A DNA stretch of 64,000 bases from Azolla caroliniana (lineage: Eukaryota; Plantae; Polypodiophyta), in NCBI GenBank assembly GCA_043228905.1, contig JBHGNT010000007.1, positions 13,826,001 to 13,890,000 of the forward strand. Direction: 5' to 3'. How positions within the stretch are numbered: position 1 is the first letter of the stretch; each line of letters opens with the position of its first letter. The translations under genes were made by a program, and so were the position numbers. The notes beneath the pieces are model-generated. The model was not told where the DNA came from. It saw only the letters and a program-made list of their open reading frames with translations, and ran no database searches. This document shows positions 47,653-59,000 of the stretch, one piece after another.

Positions 47653-50433
47653 TTACGGAGAATCACTACTATAACTAATATACAATGACGATTCCTCCTC
47701 ATCATCCTCGGATGTACCAATCAGTGCATTATCTTCGTCATAAACCAAATGGTTTGACTCTAGATTATATGTAGCAGATCTCGTTTGCCTTTGACTCGAG
47801 CCACCTTGTAGACCTGGTAATTTTTCTTTTATTATATCTATTGTTGACTTCCTTAATCGTCCGGCTTTTGTAAGTGTGAAGTCGTACACGATGATATCCA
47901 CATCAGAGATATCAAGGGTCGAGGTGTTACGAATGTTTCGCTTCCTCTTCCTACCTCCCCTTCTTGTTTGGCATTCAATCATCTCCAATGTATACTTACC
48001 TGTAAAAGCATTTGCACTTCTAGTGTTGTACCAATGAACATTTATAGACTTGATCGTGTTATCTATTTCATGCATTAGCACTTCTAGAATTTTACCAACC
48101 CAAAATTGGTGGCCATGTGAGTTCTCATCAGCCGGCGTTGCAATCAACATCCCCGCAGTGAGCTCTTGCAAATTTCCTTGCCATCTAGCTTCGGCTGCTT
48201 TGGTCATCCTTGGTCCCACATAAATGTCTCTTTGTTGTGGATGGACCAAGCTGTCATTAATCGCATTTACTAGTCGCTCCGGACTTCTATTTACGCGATC
48301 ATGTTGCAGCGACCATGTGAATGGCGTTTCCAAATTCCAATTATCAACAGATACACAATTGTCTATAATTTCTTTCTGATCACTATAAAATACATCCCAC
48401 CATGACGTGTCTTGTTGTGCGGCATATTTCTTGGCGGCCTCAATATGTTTTCTTTTTTCTTCTAAGGCTTGGAGCCATGACCGTTTTTGTTCTAATACCA
48501 AGTCGCTCTGCAACTGTCCTTTCTTCTCAATTGGCATTTGCTTAGCTCCATGGACAATTGTACTCGGCATACAAAGTAATAACTGGCAACCACCTTCAGG
48601 TTCCCATGTTGTAGAAGATGAATATTGTTTAGCATACAAAAGTGTAAAACCACTTATTCCATTTTTCTTTATCAAAAAAATGTGATTGAAACTTATATTG
48701 TTTAACTGAGCAAGCACTTTAACATTCCCACCACCCCCATCTAATATATATCTCTTAAAGTCATATACCTCCTTCAAGTGTAACACTTTTGGGCGTGGTG
48801 TATATGCATCACAAATGACATCAAATAGTTTAGGTAAAGTGAAAGCATCATGCCGAGACAACTGTCTGGAGAATGTGCTAAACATCTGATCTATATGGTC
48901 ATGTGTGTGGCCAACCAAAAGGAATTTGACTTTCACTTTCCTAAACAATTCTAGGTTGACCAACATACTTAGATAGCCAAATACAGTTGAATTTTTGTTC
49001 TCTCTAGCAGTATTGTCCAATTGAATGTATAGAACAGGGGGGAAAGGTTGTCCCCAAGACATCAAAACTCGGTGAATCACTGTAACTGTTAGGTTAGGGT
49101 CATTGTGAACATTGGGGTAAGTAATGAAGACGTGAGGTCGAACAGACCTATTATAAGCCAAGCATCCCACCAAGTGCATTTGAACAAGGCACTCATCATT
49201 GACATCTTTGGGGAGCCTCCGCATATGCGGCAAGCATGTCTTCTTCTGGTCCATGCCATCTATCATTAAGCACATGTATTGTTCAGGCCTCTTCAAACAC
49301 TTCTCTCTATGATGCATCGCCTTCCTTCGTTCTAAGGATTGTGCCTCACGATGCTCTTGTAGTAACTTCTTACTCGTATCCTTTTCCATTGATGTCTTTG
49401 CACCTTTAGCCAAACTTTTAAGATTTGCACAAATGGAGCAATAACCCATACGTACTTTACGAGGAATAATAACATTTGAAAACCGAGCTCTCCATAATCT
49501 TGTGAATTGGCTATAGGTGATAGACTTATTACGTGAGCCCAGCATTTCAGATCGATAGACATCATAAACTTCCTGACGGGTATAATTATCAGAAAGATGC
49601 ATCCTACCTGTAGTGGGCATTACTTCACAATTTAACTGAAAGTAAGTTTTCATCCAGCCAATAGCTAGTCTTCCAATTGCACCTTTCATACTTGGAACCT
49701 CTTTACAATTGAGCATCTGATCCCCGCTAAGTAGACGTTGTTGTACTCTATGTAGCCGCATGTTACTAACACATAACACAATTTTGAATGCAACTCTACA
49801 TATCTGTTGCGCATGGAAGATATAATACTCGAATGATACTTTGATCCCCGTACATTTGTCAGATACTAGTTGCATATGTGATCCGAGGTAAGTGTCTTGC
49901 TCATCACCGGTCATCGAAAAATAGTATCGCCTTAATTCTCGCAACTTTGATTTTCCAATCATAGACATACAACCACGGGCACAACATATTTTGTTGACAT
50001 CAAATCCAATCTGTTTATCTGATGTCACCAAGCTAAATCTAGCCAGACGAATTCTTCGTGGGATTCTTCTAATATGCATAGGGCTCCCAGATTTCTCTTC
50101 CTGCATAGAGGTTGGTGTAACCTTGTTACAGTCTAATTCTCTGGTCTGACCATCGCCAATGTTATTCAATGTTTCCTGGGCACTTCCTTCATTCCCGGTA
50201 TCTTTATTAATATCGTATTCTTCAATAGAGAACTCTTCACATGTGTCATTATTTGCATTCCCTATAGATGAGCTCAGACAATATTCTTCGATAGAATATG
50301 GTGAGTCGGTCGAAAGACAATATTCTTCAATCGAATATGGTGACTCTGTTGATAAACAATACTCTTCAGTAGAAAACGATGGGTCTGATGACAAACAATA
50401 TTCTTCAATCGAGAACGGTGAATCTTCACTCAT
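47653..50433 (-). CDS. intact 926-aa Sola1-like DDD transposase
   Basis: IDGMDQKKTCLP, LYIQLDNTARENKN, FLLVGHTHDHIDQMFS, CSIC...H zinc motif; N-terminal 13-aa SIEEYCL repeats; uninterrupted ORF. Confidence 0.85.
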   Translation of the reverse strand: MSEDSPFSIEEYCLSSDPSFSTEEYCLSTESPYSIEEYCLSTDSPYSIEEYCLSSSIGNANNDTCEEFSIEEYDINKDTGNEGSAQETLNNIGDGQTRELDCNKVTPTSMQEEKSGSPMHIRRIPRRIRLARFSLVTSDKQIGFDVNKICCARGCMSMIGKSKLRELRRYYFSMTGDEQDTYLGSHMQLVSDKCTGIKVSFEYYIFHAQQICRVAFKIVLCVSNMRLHRVQQRLLSGDQMLNCKEVPSMKGAIGRLAIGWMKTYFQLNCEVMPTTGRMHLSDNYTRQEVYDVYRSEMLGSRNKSITYSQFTRLWRARFSNVIIPRKVRMGYCSICANLKSLAKGAKTSMEKDTSKKLLQEHREAQSLERRKAMHHREKCLKRPEQYMCLMIDGMDQKKTCLPHMRRLPKDVNDECLVQMHLVGCLAYNRSVRPHVFITYPNVHNDPNLTVTVIHRVLMSWGQPFPPVLYIQLDNTARENKNSTVFGYLSMLVNLELFRKVKVKFLLVGHTHDHIDQMFSTFSRQLSRHDAFTLPKLFDVICDAYTPRPKVLHLKEVYDFKRYILDGGGGNVKVLAQLNNISFNHIFLIKKNGISGFTLLYAKQYSSSTTWEPEGGCQLLLCMPSTIVHGAKQMPIEKKGQLQSDLVLEQKRSWLQALEEKRKHIEAAKKYAAQQDTSWWDVFYSDQKEIIDNCVSVDNWNLETPFTWSLQHDRVNRSPERLVNAINDSLVHPQQRDIYVGPRMTKAAEARWQGNLQELTAGMLIATPADENSHGHQFWVGKILEVLMHEIDNTIKSINVHWYNTRSANAFTGKYTLEMIECQTRRGGRKRKRNIRNTSTLDISDVDIIVYDFTLTKAGRLRKSTIDIIKEKLPGLQGGSSQRQTRSATYNLESNHLVYDEDNALIGTSEDDEEESSLYISYSSDSP

Positions 50434-51106
50434 GGCTTAAGGTCTAGATAGGGCTCTCTAAGTTATACTCCTCTCTAACCATATACTCCTCCCTAAACAT
50501 AAACTTCTCTCTAAACAAAAGCCAAATCAATAGAATGTCTATATTATGTAATATTCTATTAAAATACAATACATCTAAAAATTATTTTTAATAAAGTAAT
50601 TTAACTTAAATTATCAATCATTATATAAACTAGATCTAAATGATGTTAAATCAAGTAAAATATAAAACTAATCATTAACAAGCCTTGAATATGTTGGATT
50701 AATGTTAAAATCATTGGCTAATTAATGACACCCATTTTGATATAGAACGTCTCACTCATTGATTCTTTAATGCTCACCATTTTAAATATTAGACTTATCA
50801 ATCATTGGTTAATTCATGCCCACATCTTTAATACATAACTATTGAGAGTCATAAATTTTTTTGCTTTTAGTAATCAATCATTGGTACATTCATGAACCTC
50901 TATCATTGTCTCCTTCATAACCTTTGAAGTGATTGTAGGTTGTTATGAGTATAAAAGATTGATCAATATGTTAGTTTGACTTTGTAATCATTAATACAAT
51001 CATAAGTTACTATAGTTAATGTGACTATGGTTACAAACTAACTATCCTCAAAGTTACCAACATTGGTTAAGATGACTATGGTTACTTTAACCATGGGTTC
51101 AATCCC

Positions 51107-51284
51107 TATAAATAGGAAGACCTCATCATATTTCACTCACCAGAGCGTACAGAGCACTCAGAGCACTCAGAGCACACAGAGCACACAGAGCACTCAAGGC
51201 ACAAAGCACGAAAGCGCGATCTCCGCCTCCACACAACACGATCAACCATGTCTTCCAAGAGAGTCGAGCACGAGGAGTCCAGGT
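51107..51284 (+). promoter_or_regulatory. putative divergent promoter and first exon
   Basis: CCCTATAAATAG at 51104-51115; 9-bp CAGAGCAC(T/A) repeats; ACCATG at 51248; CAG|GTAGG donor at 51283. Confidence 0.45.
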
Positions 51285-51332
51285 AGGCCTCTGACACTGT
51301 GGACATTTTTGTAAATATGTTTCGTTTCCCAA

Positions 51333-51554
51333 GAACTCGATACGGCGTATCGAGTTCATGTATACAATACAAATATTTATACACGAACTCGATACGGCGT
51401 ATCGAGTTCGTGTGTAAATATTTGTATTGTATACATGAACTCGATACGCCGTATCGAGTTCGTGTTTAAAAGGTAAGTTTTAAACACGAACTCGATACGC
51501 CGTATCGAGTTCGTGTTTAAAGTATAGGTTTTAAACACGAACTCGATACGCCGT
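51333..51554. repeat. array of 25-bp palindromes with 26-27-bp spacers
   Basis: GAACTCGATACG(G/C)CGTATCGAGTTC at 51333, 51385, 51437, 51488 and partial at 51539. Confidence 0.95.
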
Positions 51555-53635
51555 GGACTCTCATGGAACTCAGACACCAATGTTGTCTAGTCCTCTTTCT
51601 TGATGACCACTCGTGGTGGCGTCCCCGTCCTTCTCTTTGGGTGCCTCCAAAGGAATCCTCCTCGTAGGAAGTACTTGTACGCTTTCTTTCAGACTCTTTG
51701 TGCTTCCTCCTTCGACCATGAAGTATCTGTCGTCATTGAGTTTAAGAAATTGCCAATGAAGTATTCACTTTTGTTGAAGGCGTGGAGTACTCGCACATCT
51801 TGATCATCTACAGACACTTGGGTTGTTTTAAAGAAGTCAAGAGGGACATCCTCATCTTCAAACACCATGTTGCTTTCACCCTTGAATCTTGCCCTTGATA
51901 GCATATCTGCCATGACATTGTTCTTCCCTGAAATGTGGTGAATCTTTGGGTTCATTGATTTGATGTAAGCAATCCATCTTAGCATAGCTAAGTGAGGTGT
52001 TGCACATCCCGAAACCATCCCTAGGATTGGAATGCAATCTATCTCTATTACCACCTCTAACCCGATTAGGTAATCTTTATATGCCTTCACTACGGACACA
52101 ATACCCCAAAGCTCACATTTTACTTGGGTGTATCCTCGTTGTCGCTCGCTTAAGACCTTGGCTCCGAACCGGATAGCGTAGCTTGTACCATCCTCTCCTT
52201 CTTGGTTAATCCCCTTTCTTTAATCCCTGTTGGACTCATATCTACCGTCACGTAGATGGGCACCCCTTCCTTGTATATGGCTTTTCGTAAAGTTGGTGCT
52301 GCTACCAACATTCCTTTGAGCCTCTTCATTGCCTCTGTGTGCTCTTCCTCCCATTTGAACTTCCGCCCCTTCTTGAGTAGCCCATACAAGGGCTCAGTTA
52401 AGTGAGCGTAGTGTGGGATCCAGATGTGGTAGAATGCACATGCACCAAGAAATCGCCTCACCTCTGTTTGTGATTTACATTCTTCCCTCATGTCCGTGAT
52501 GGTGTCCACCTTTGCCGGGGATGGCTTCCGTCCATATGCCCCACACAAGTGTCCCACCACAAGAATCTCCGGTTGGCCGAATGCCGATTTCTCACCCGAG
52601 AAGGTCAAGCGTGCATCTTTGAGTCTTTGTAGAACCTTCTCGCAATTGGAGATGTGATATGCCACAAAACGTCTGCACCCATGCTCGTCCAAGGTTTCAT
52701 CTTTCTCCACTTCAGAGCACGCTTTTATGGGGATATCATCGAGGAATGGCATGGTGATGTCGGGGATGCAATCTCTCAATACCTTGTTCATTGCATTTAC
52801 CATGTGGGCTACAGAGTTAGTGCCTCCTTGTGGCAAGGTACACATTCACACTAGGCCAATAGGGGTCCGCATCATCGTGATGTCCCTACTCTCCACAACT
52901 AGTTGGAATTGATCATACCCCGAGTATAGATCACCGATGGAATAAATAGACCTTCCAGCGAACATCCTTGACTTTCGAACATCCTTCTAAATCTTTCCTC
53001 CTCCCTAGGCAATAGGAAGTCACCCCCACCAATCCGGAGCTTCTGTCGTTTCTCGTCGGTGAACCGGTGCCCTATGCCTCGTGGGTCCCGCAAGCTAGGA
53101 TCAGCCGCTACCCCCTTTATCCGATCCCAACTATCGTTAGGCAATGGGGCAGCCACAGGCTTCACCTTCTTGTCCACGGTCTTGTACTTTGTTTGCACAT
53201 TGACCGTCCTAGCTTCCTCGATCAACTGCCCAAGCTCTTCGATGGCAGTGTACATGTCAACTGAGTTGACTGGAATTACCTTGTCTTCATTGAGGCCCGA
53301 AACGACTATCCTCTCCATCTCTCTGAGAGTGTCGTCAAACGAGACCGCCTCCATGGCACCGCTTACGGTGTCATCTTCCCCCAATAAATTACATTGTTTG
53401 AGATACCTTTCGTATCTCTTGACCCGAGGCTTATCTCTATCACTTAAACTAGTAATTTTACAAGCTCCATTTTCGGAGAACCAAAATTGTTTCCTATTAC
53501 ATTTAATAGTCTTGCAAGGGTTTAGGGTCTTAGTTTGCCTCAGGCTATTGCGGCCCCACTCTTTAATAGCCCGCATCACAAATCCTCTCAGCTCTCCCCT
53601 TTGAGGGAGGCTCGATTGCGCTCATGGTTGGGCCT
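51555..53635 (-). pseudogene. gypsy element E pol fragment (same family as D)
   Basis: LPQGGTNSVAH, MPFLDDIPIK, VTVDMSP, TKYKTVDKKVKP. Confidence 0.9.
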
Positions 53636-54070
53636 TGCTAATCCTAGGGCCGGACAACAGCCTAACACAGCGTGTCCACTTAAGACACTTCACCAAAGGG
53701 TGTTACGGCAAGATGACTTACAACACAACACTTAATTAGACCTTAATTGGTTACTTAGCAATACGTCATTAACACGTGTAAGATAATAATGAGTACAGAA
53801 CGGTAATCAATACTGAAAGGTTAAGGCAATAAGTTCTATTAATTATCCGCTGTCAATTACATTGTAAGCAGGCCTTTATATAGGTCTCCGGTGCGAAGTA
53901 CAAAACGGTGCCAACTGGCACCTATTCGGAATCGGTCCGGATCCGGATCGGCATACTGATTCCGGTCCGTCCATCCATATTAATAAAATAATTACAACAG
54001 TTCCCGAATAAACTATTCCTTTCACACTCTAGTCTGGACATCCTTAAGCCTTCTTGCCGGCCGGGTAACA
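53636..54070 (-). repeat. 3' LTR of element B (435 bp)
   Basis: TGCTA...TAACA termini; starts where E coding stops; TATAAA on minus strand near 53880; partner LTR not in window. Confidence 0.75.
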
Positions 54071-54072
54071 CA

Positions 54073-54112
54073 TGGCACGCCCGTGGGACAGTACCTTGTA
54101 CGTCGAACCCAT
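54073..54112 (-). other. tRNA-3'-end-like motif at PPT position of element B
   Basis: Sense strand ATGGGTTCGACGTACAAGGTACTGTCCCACGGGCGTGCCA, 2 nt before LTR. Confidence 0.8.
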
Positions 54113-54124
54113 TATCCGGCCCTG

Positions 54125-56008
54125 CTACTCTTCGTCCAAAATGTCCAGAATGCTTTGCTCCAGAATTTCCAATGGCTCGTCGGGAATCTGTTGTTGCTGT
54201 TGTGGCTGCTGCAGTGGCTGTTCCGTTTGTGCCTTCTCCGTTTGGGGCTGCTGCTCTGTTTGTTGCTCTGGCACCGGCATTTCCTTCGTTGTTTTCTCCG
54301 TCGGAGTTGTCGCTGGCTGACCGACCCCGGCCTGGTCCCTGTCTGGTCCTTGTACTGGCGACGGTTCCTCATCACTAAGGTTGACCGTTGCTACTTTCCT
54401 TGCTTTTTCTTCCCGAAGCCGGGACCGCTCATAGCTCTCAAACTGGATTTGAGCCTCCAGCCGATCGTCGTCCAGTTGAGCTATGAGATGTCGGACTTGC
54501 ACCAATTGTTCATCCGCCAGGGCTGTGAAATCTTCAGCCAGCTCATCTCTTATGGCGGTGAAGTCCTCTGATGTCAGCGTATAACAATCGTCACCCTCCT
54601 TCCGCCGGTTTTCCACGTCCGCCCTGAGCAATTGGAATTCCGCCGTATTCTGGGCCCATTTCGTCCACCATCGCACAGAGCTCTCGTCAATCAAGTGTTT
54701 GGTCTTGGTGAGCCATGCCCGGAGGATGCACTGGATCCGTTCGGTTCCTATCCGTGATTTGTTCTCCGCGGCTTGTCTCTCCTCTTTCAATTGCTTGATG
54801 ATTCTGACCGTGTCCGCCTCCTGCTCCCTATAATGCGACAATTGACTTTGATAGGTTGTTTGCAACCTCTGTAACACCATTTTCACCCTTTCCTTTTCTT
54901 CATGGTTTTGCTTGTGGAGCTCCATCCGGTCCATCTCCGCTTCCTCCAATAGCTTTGAATTCTCAACTCGTTCGTCGGCGAGTGCCGTTGTGGCATTCAT
55001 TCTTGCTGTCAGGGTGTCCGTTTCTTGCTGCACCGGTCGATGGAGTGGGCTCTTCAGGGGCCGTGTCGGTGTCTCCTCGTGCGTGTCCATCGGCCGCTTC
55101 CGGCTGGCACGCTCCTTTGCCGCCTTCTCTGTGTCAGCCGTCTTCCCCTTAGTGGCCTTGGAGGCCAACAGCTGTTGTTGTTTTGAAGGAGGTTTCGGGG
55201 TGTTGTCCGTTGCTCTTCCCCGTTTCTTGGTCTGGACGGGCTCGACAGGTGGCGCCAATAGGGTGAGCCATTGTGTCACTGCATGCCATATTTTCCAGCC
55301 TTCTGTGCCTTCCTTACCTCTTACGGTATCAATAGCCGCGCACAATCCGTCGGCGATCAGCACCGGCCAATCCACCTTGACCCCTTTGTACGTTGCGATA
55401 ATCACGCCTACTCAGTTCTTAGGCATAACGGGGGGTCGAGGGTTTACGTGGCCGAACTCATGGAGTACACAGGCAATTTTGCAGAATAACATATCTTCGC
55501 CGCCCTGTGTCCGCTACTCAGAGGTAGGATTGTCGATCATGTAAATGCCCCCCTCCGGAAGGCCTGTTAACGCACGGATCACTTCCTCCGTGATCAGCTC
55601 GGTGTCAATGTCTTTGATAATCTTTTCGGCCTCCTTGTGTGGCGCCGCCTCCATGATCGTCAAGAAACCCTCCAATCTGTGTTGCCGTAGCCATTTCTTG
55701 GTGGCTTCAGACAGTGTTTGGCAGTCCATCTCTGCGTCGTGGTCGGAGAGCGTTGGCGAGGTTTGACGGTGGAGAGAGTGTGAGAGAGAAAGTTCTGAGT
55801 GAGGGGTTTCTCTGTGCGCGAGCTCTCTTCGATTGATCTTCACGCATTTGTCTACGTCTGTTCTCCTTGGTTTGCGAAAGGAGAAGGTCTTGATGCGTGG
55901 GGGTTTTTTTCTCTGCATCTTGGCGCCTTTTTTGAGCCTACGCGTGTGCAGGTCGTGTACTATAATAGCATTACGTGCCGTGTGGCGGTGTTTTAATGCC
56001 CTATTCAT
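54125..56008 (-). pseudogene. additional (env-position) ORF of element B: coiled-coil, Gln/Glu-rich tail
   Basis: ORFs 55514-56008 and 54125-55405 in the same frame separated by stops; homologous to extra ORF of A. Confidence 0.75.
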
Positions 56009-59000
56009 AGCCTCCTCGTACCTTTTCGAAGTGCCTCTTTACTCCTCGTTTGCATGGTCATTTCCACCACTCCTTGGCATGATTTCTTTGATTCGATTTT
56101 ATTTTTTTTTGAAATTAATTGTGTGGTTAATTTTTCTCTGGTCCTGTCGGACCCTTACCCGAAACACGCACCTTGCCGGCCTCTTGACAGTTTGCCATCG
56201 TTTTGCTCTCCCCTGTTGTCGGCTCGTGCTCCTCCTTACCGGCTTGGTGGTAGCCATGTTCCTCACAGGTTTCCGTCTTGGTTGGCTTGCCGGCGTCCGA
56301 TTCAGTGTCGGCCCTTCGTTCAAATGGGTTCTTGGGCATAGGTCCTTTGTATGGCTTTAGTCTAAATCCGTTGACCCATTTACCCAGCAGCTCGCCGGCA
56401 AGTGTCCCTAACTGGTAAGACCCATTGAACCCGCGTGTGATCTAGTACGGTCCAGTTCATCTAAACCGTAGTTTGCTTGGCATTTTACCCAGCTGGGTCT
56501 GCAACACTAGTACCGGCTTGCCGATTTCGAACATCTTTTCGTTTCCTTTTCGGTGTCGATCTACAAACGCTTTCCGTCGTCGTTGTTCCAATTCCAGGTG
56601 CATGATGCTCGCCAGTCGATGTTCTTCTAGTTCACACAGAGCCTTTAACCGAATTGCCTCCGATTCCTTTTCATTAAGTCATTCCCGAATACGGATTCGT
56701 AAGCTCGGTACCTGGAACTCGACCGGCATGACTGCCTCTAATCCGAATGCTAACCGGAACAGCGTTGTTCGGATGCTTGTTTTGTATGTTGTCCGGTAAA
56801 CCCCATGCGCACTGTGCAGCTTCGTGTCCCAATCTGTCTCATTCTCATTAACGATCTTGCGTAGGATATTCTGTAGCGTTTTGTTTGTTGACTTAGCTAA
56901 CCTGTTGGCTTGTGGGTAGTACCGGGTGCTCCATTTATGTACTACCGCATAGAATGACGTCAAGCTCTCCACTACTTGTCCAAGAAAGTGCCCTCCTTGG
57001 TCCCTTATCAACTCTATGGGGCATCCGTACCGGCACCAAATGTATTCATATAAGAATTTTGACGTCGATGTCGCGGTGTTGTCTCGTAGGGCTTTGGCTT
57101 TCACCCATTTAGTGCAGTAGTCTGTCACGAAGATCACATACCGATTGCCAGTTCTCATTGCCGGTGGTTTAAATGGTTCGACAAAATCCAGTCCCCATTT
57201 CTAAAATGGTTCTAGCGGTAGTACTGGCTGGTGCGGCATCCTAGCTTGTTTCGTTGGCTGGCCCATTCGCTGGCATAGATCACACTCTTTCGTGTACCGG
57301 ACTGCGTCTTTCAATGTAGTCGGCCACCATAGGCCACTTTGCCATATCTTCCTTGCCGTAACATCCCCGGAATAATGGCCTCCGGCGACTCCGTAGTGTG
57401 CTTCCCGTAGTATTACCTCTTTCTCGTCACTGCGCACCGCTCGTCGCCATATACTGTCCGCACCTTTGTGGTATAGTGTGTCCCGTAATAAATAGAAATG
57501 TCGGCTTTGTACCACCAGGCGTTTCCTCTGGTCCCGGTTCATCTCCTCCGGAGGCAATCCGGTGCTCAGAAATTGCTGCATATTTGTTAGCCACTTATCT
57601 TCTGGTGCCACCGTTTCATCTGTTGCCGTTTCCGCGGTGACTCAAAATAGCTCAACATCCGGAAACTCGTCCGGTACTCCGTCTCCAGTTTCACCGGAAT
57701 CTAACCGGCTTAAATAATCTGCTACCGCATGTTGTATGCCGGGTCGGTGGAATATCTCGAATTCGAATTCCTATAATAGCAAAGTCCACCGGGCCAACTT
57801 ACCGGTAAGTGACGCTTTGGACACTAGGTAGAGGAGTGCCGAATGATCTACATGGAAGGAAAACTTCCTTCCCAATAAATAATGCCTGAATTTTGTTACG
57901 TTGTAGATCATGCCTAAAGCTTCCCTTTCCGTGGTAGAATAATTTCGTTCGGCTTGGGATAACTTCCGGCTTGCGTAATATACGGGCCGGTACCATCTTG
58001 GCTCCGTAAGTTGCATTAGCGCACTCCCGATTGCAATGTCGGACGCATCCACGAACACATGAAATTCCTTCACCCAATCCAGAGGTTGCACTACCGGCGC
58101 TTGCGACAATAGAACTTTCAGCGCCTGGTACACCTTGTCTTCGGTGTCGGTCCACTGGAACAGTGTTCGGTGTACCGCAGCATGCAGTGGTGTAGCTAGA
58201 TCCGCCAAATACCGGAGCATTCGGCTATGCCAACGGATTTGACCTAAGAAACGGCTCAATGCCTTTGCCATTGTTGGCGCCGGTGCCTCCAGGATTGCTT
58301 TTACTTTGTCCGAATCCACGGCGATGCCCTCCTTGCTCACAATGTGCCCTAGTAGCGTTCCGCTGGACACGCCGCCAAATACACACTTTGCCGGATTTAG
58401 GCTTAGCTAGTAAGCCCTACACTTTTCTAGACACAGTCGGAGGTGCTGAAGGTGGTCTCCTTCCTGGTTGTAAACGGTGAAGTCGTCCAGGAACACCTGC
58501 ATGAATGCCGGTATGAATTCTCCGAATATTTCCATGATGATCCTCTAGAACGTTGTCGGCGCCATTTTTAGTCCGAACATCATCACTACGGCAACAAACA
58601 CTCCCCATTCAGTGACGAAAGCCGTTTTCTCCTAGTCATCCGGGTGCATCCGGATCTGGTTGTATCCGCTGAATCCGTCTAAAAAACTGTATACCTCATG
58701 GCCGACGACTGCGTCCAAAACTCCATCCGTAAATAGAAGTGGAAATGCATCAGTTACCGTCGTCGCATTAAGCTTCCAGTAGTCGACACATACTCTAATT
58801 TTTCCGTTTTTCTTTGGTACGACTACTATCAGGCTCAGCCATGTAGATTTCTTTACGGGACGGATAAAGCCAACTCTCAGCAACTTGTCGATTTCCTCCT
58901 TGACTTTGGCGGCATAGTTTGGATTCATCTGGTACCGTCGTTATGCTACCGGTTTGGCGTCTTTGCTCAAATGTATCTAATGTTGATATAGCTGAGGATC

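Larger units (their letters stand above)
47297..51554 (-). mobile_element. Sola1-like DNA transposon, right part deleted
   Basis: Starts after TTAA (47293-47296) where gypsy homology stops; AT-rich; contains transposase; right side fuses to gypsy E with no matching TIR or TSD. Confidence 0.7.

Noticed and set aside
51333-51554. CRISPR array
   Set aside because: Spacers are reverse complements or near-copies of each other rather than unique, there are no cas genes, and the context is a eukaryotic TE; kept as a palindromic repeat.
53636-54089. Plus-strand element beginning LTR + PBS
   Set aside because: All downstream coding is on the minus strand, and element A shows the same arrangement between paired LTRs with a separate true PBS, so this is the 3' LTR.
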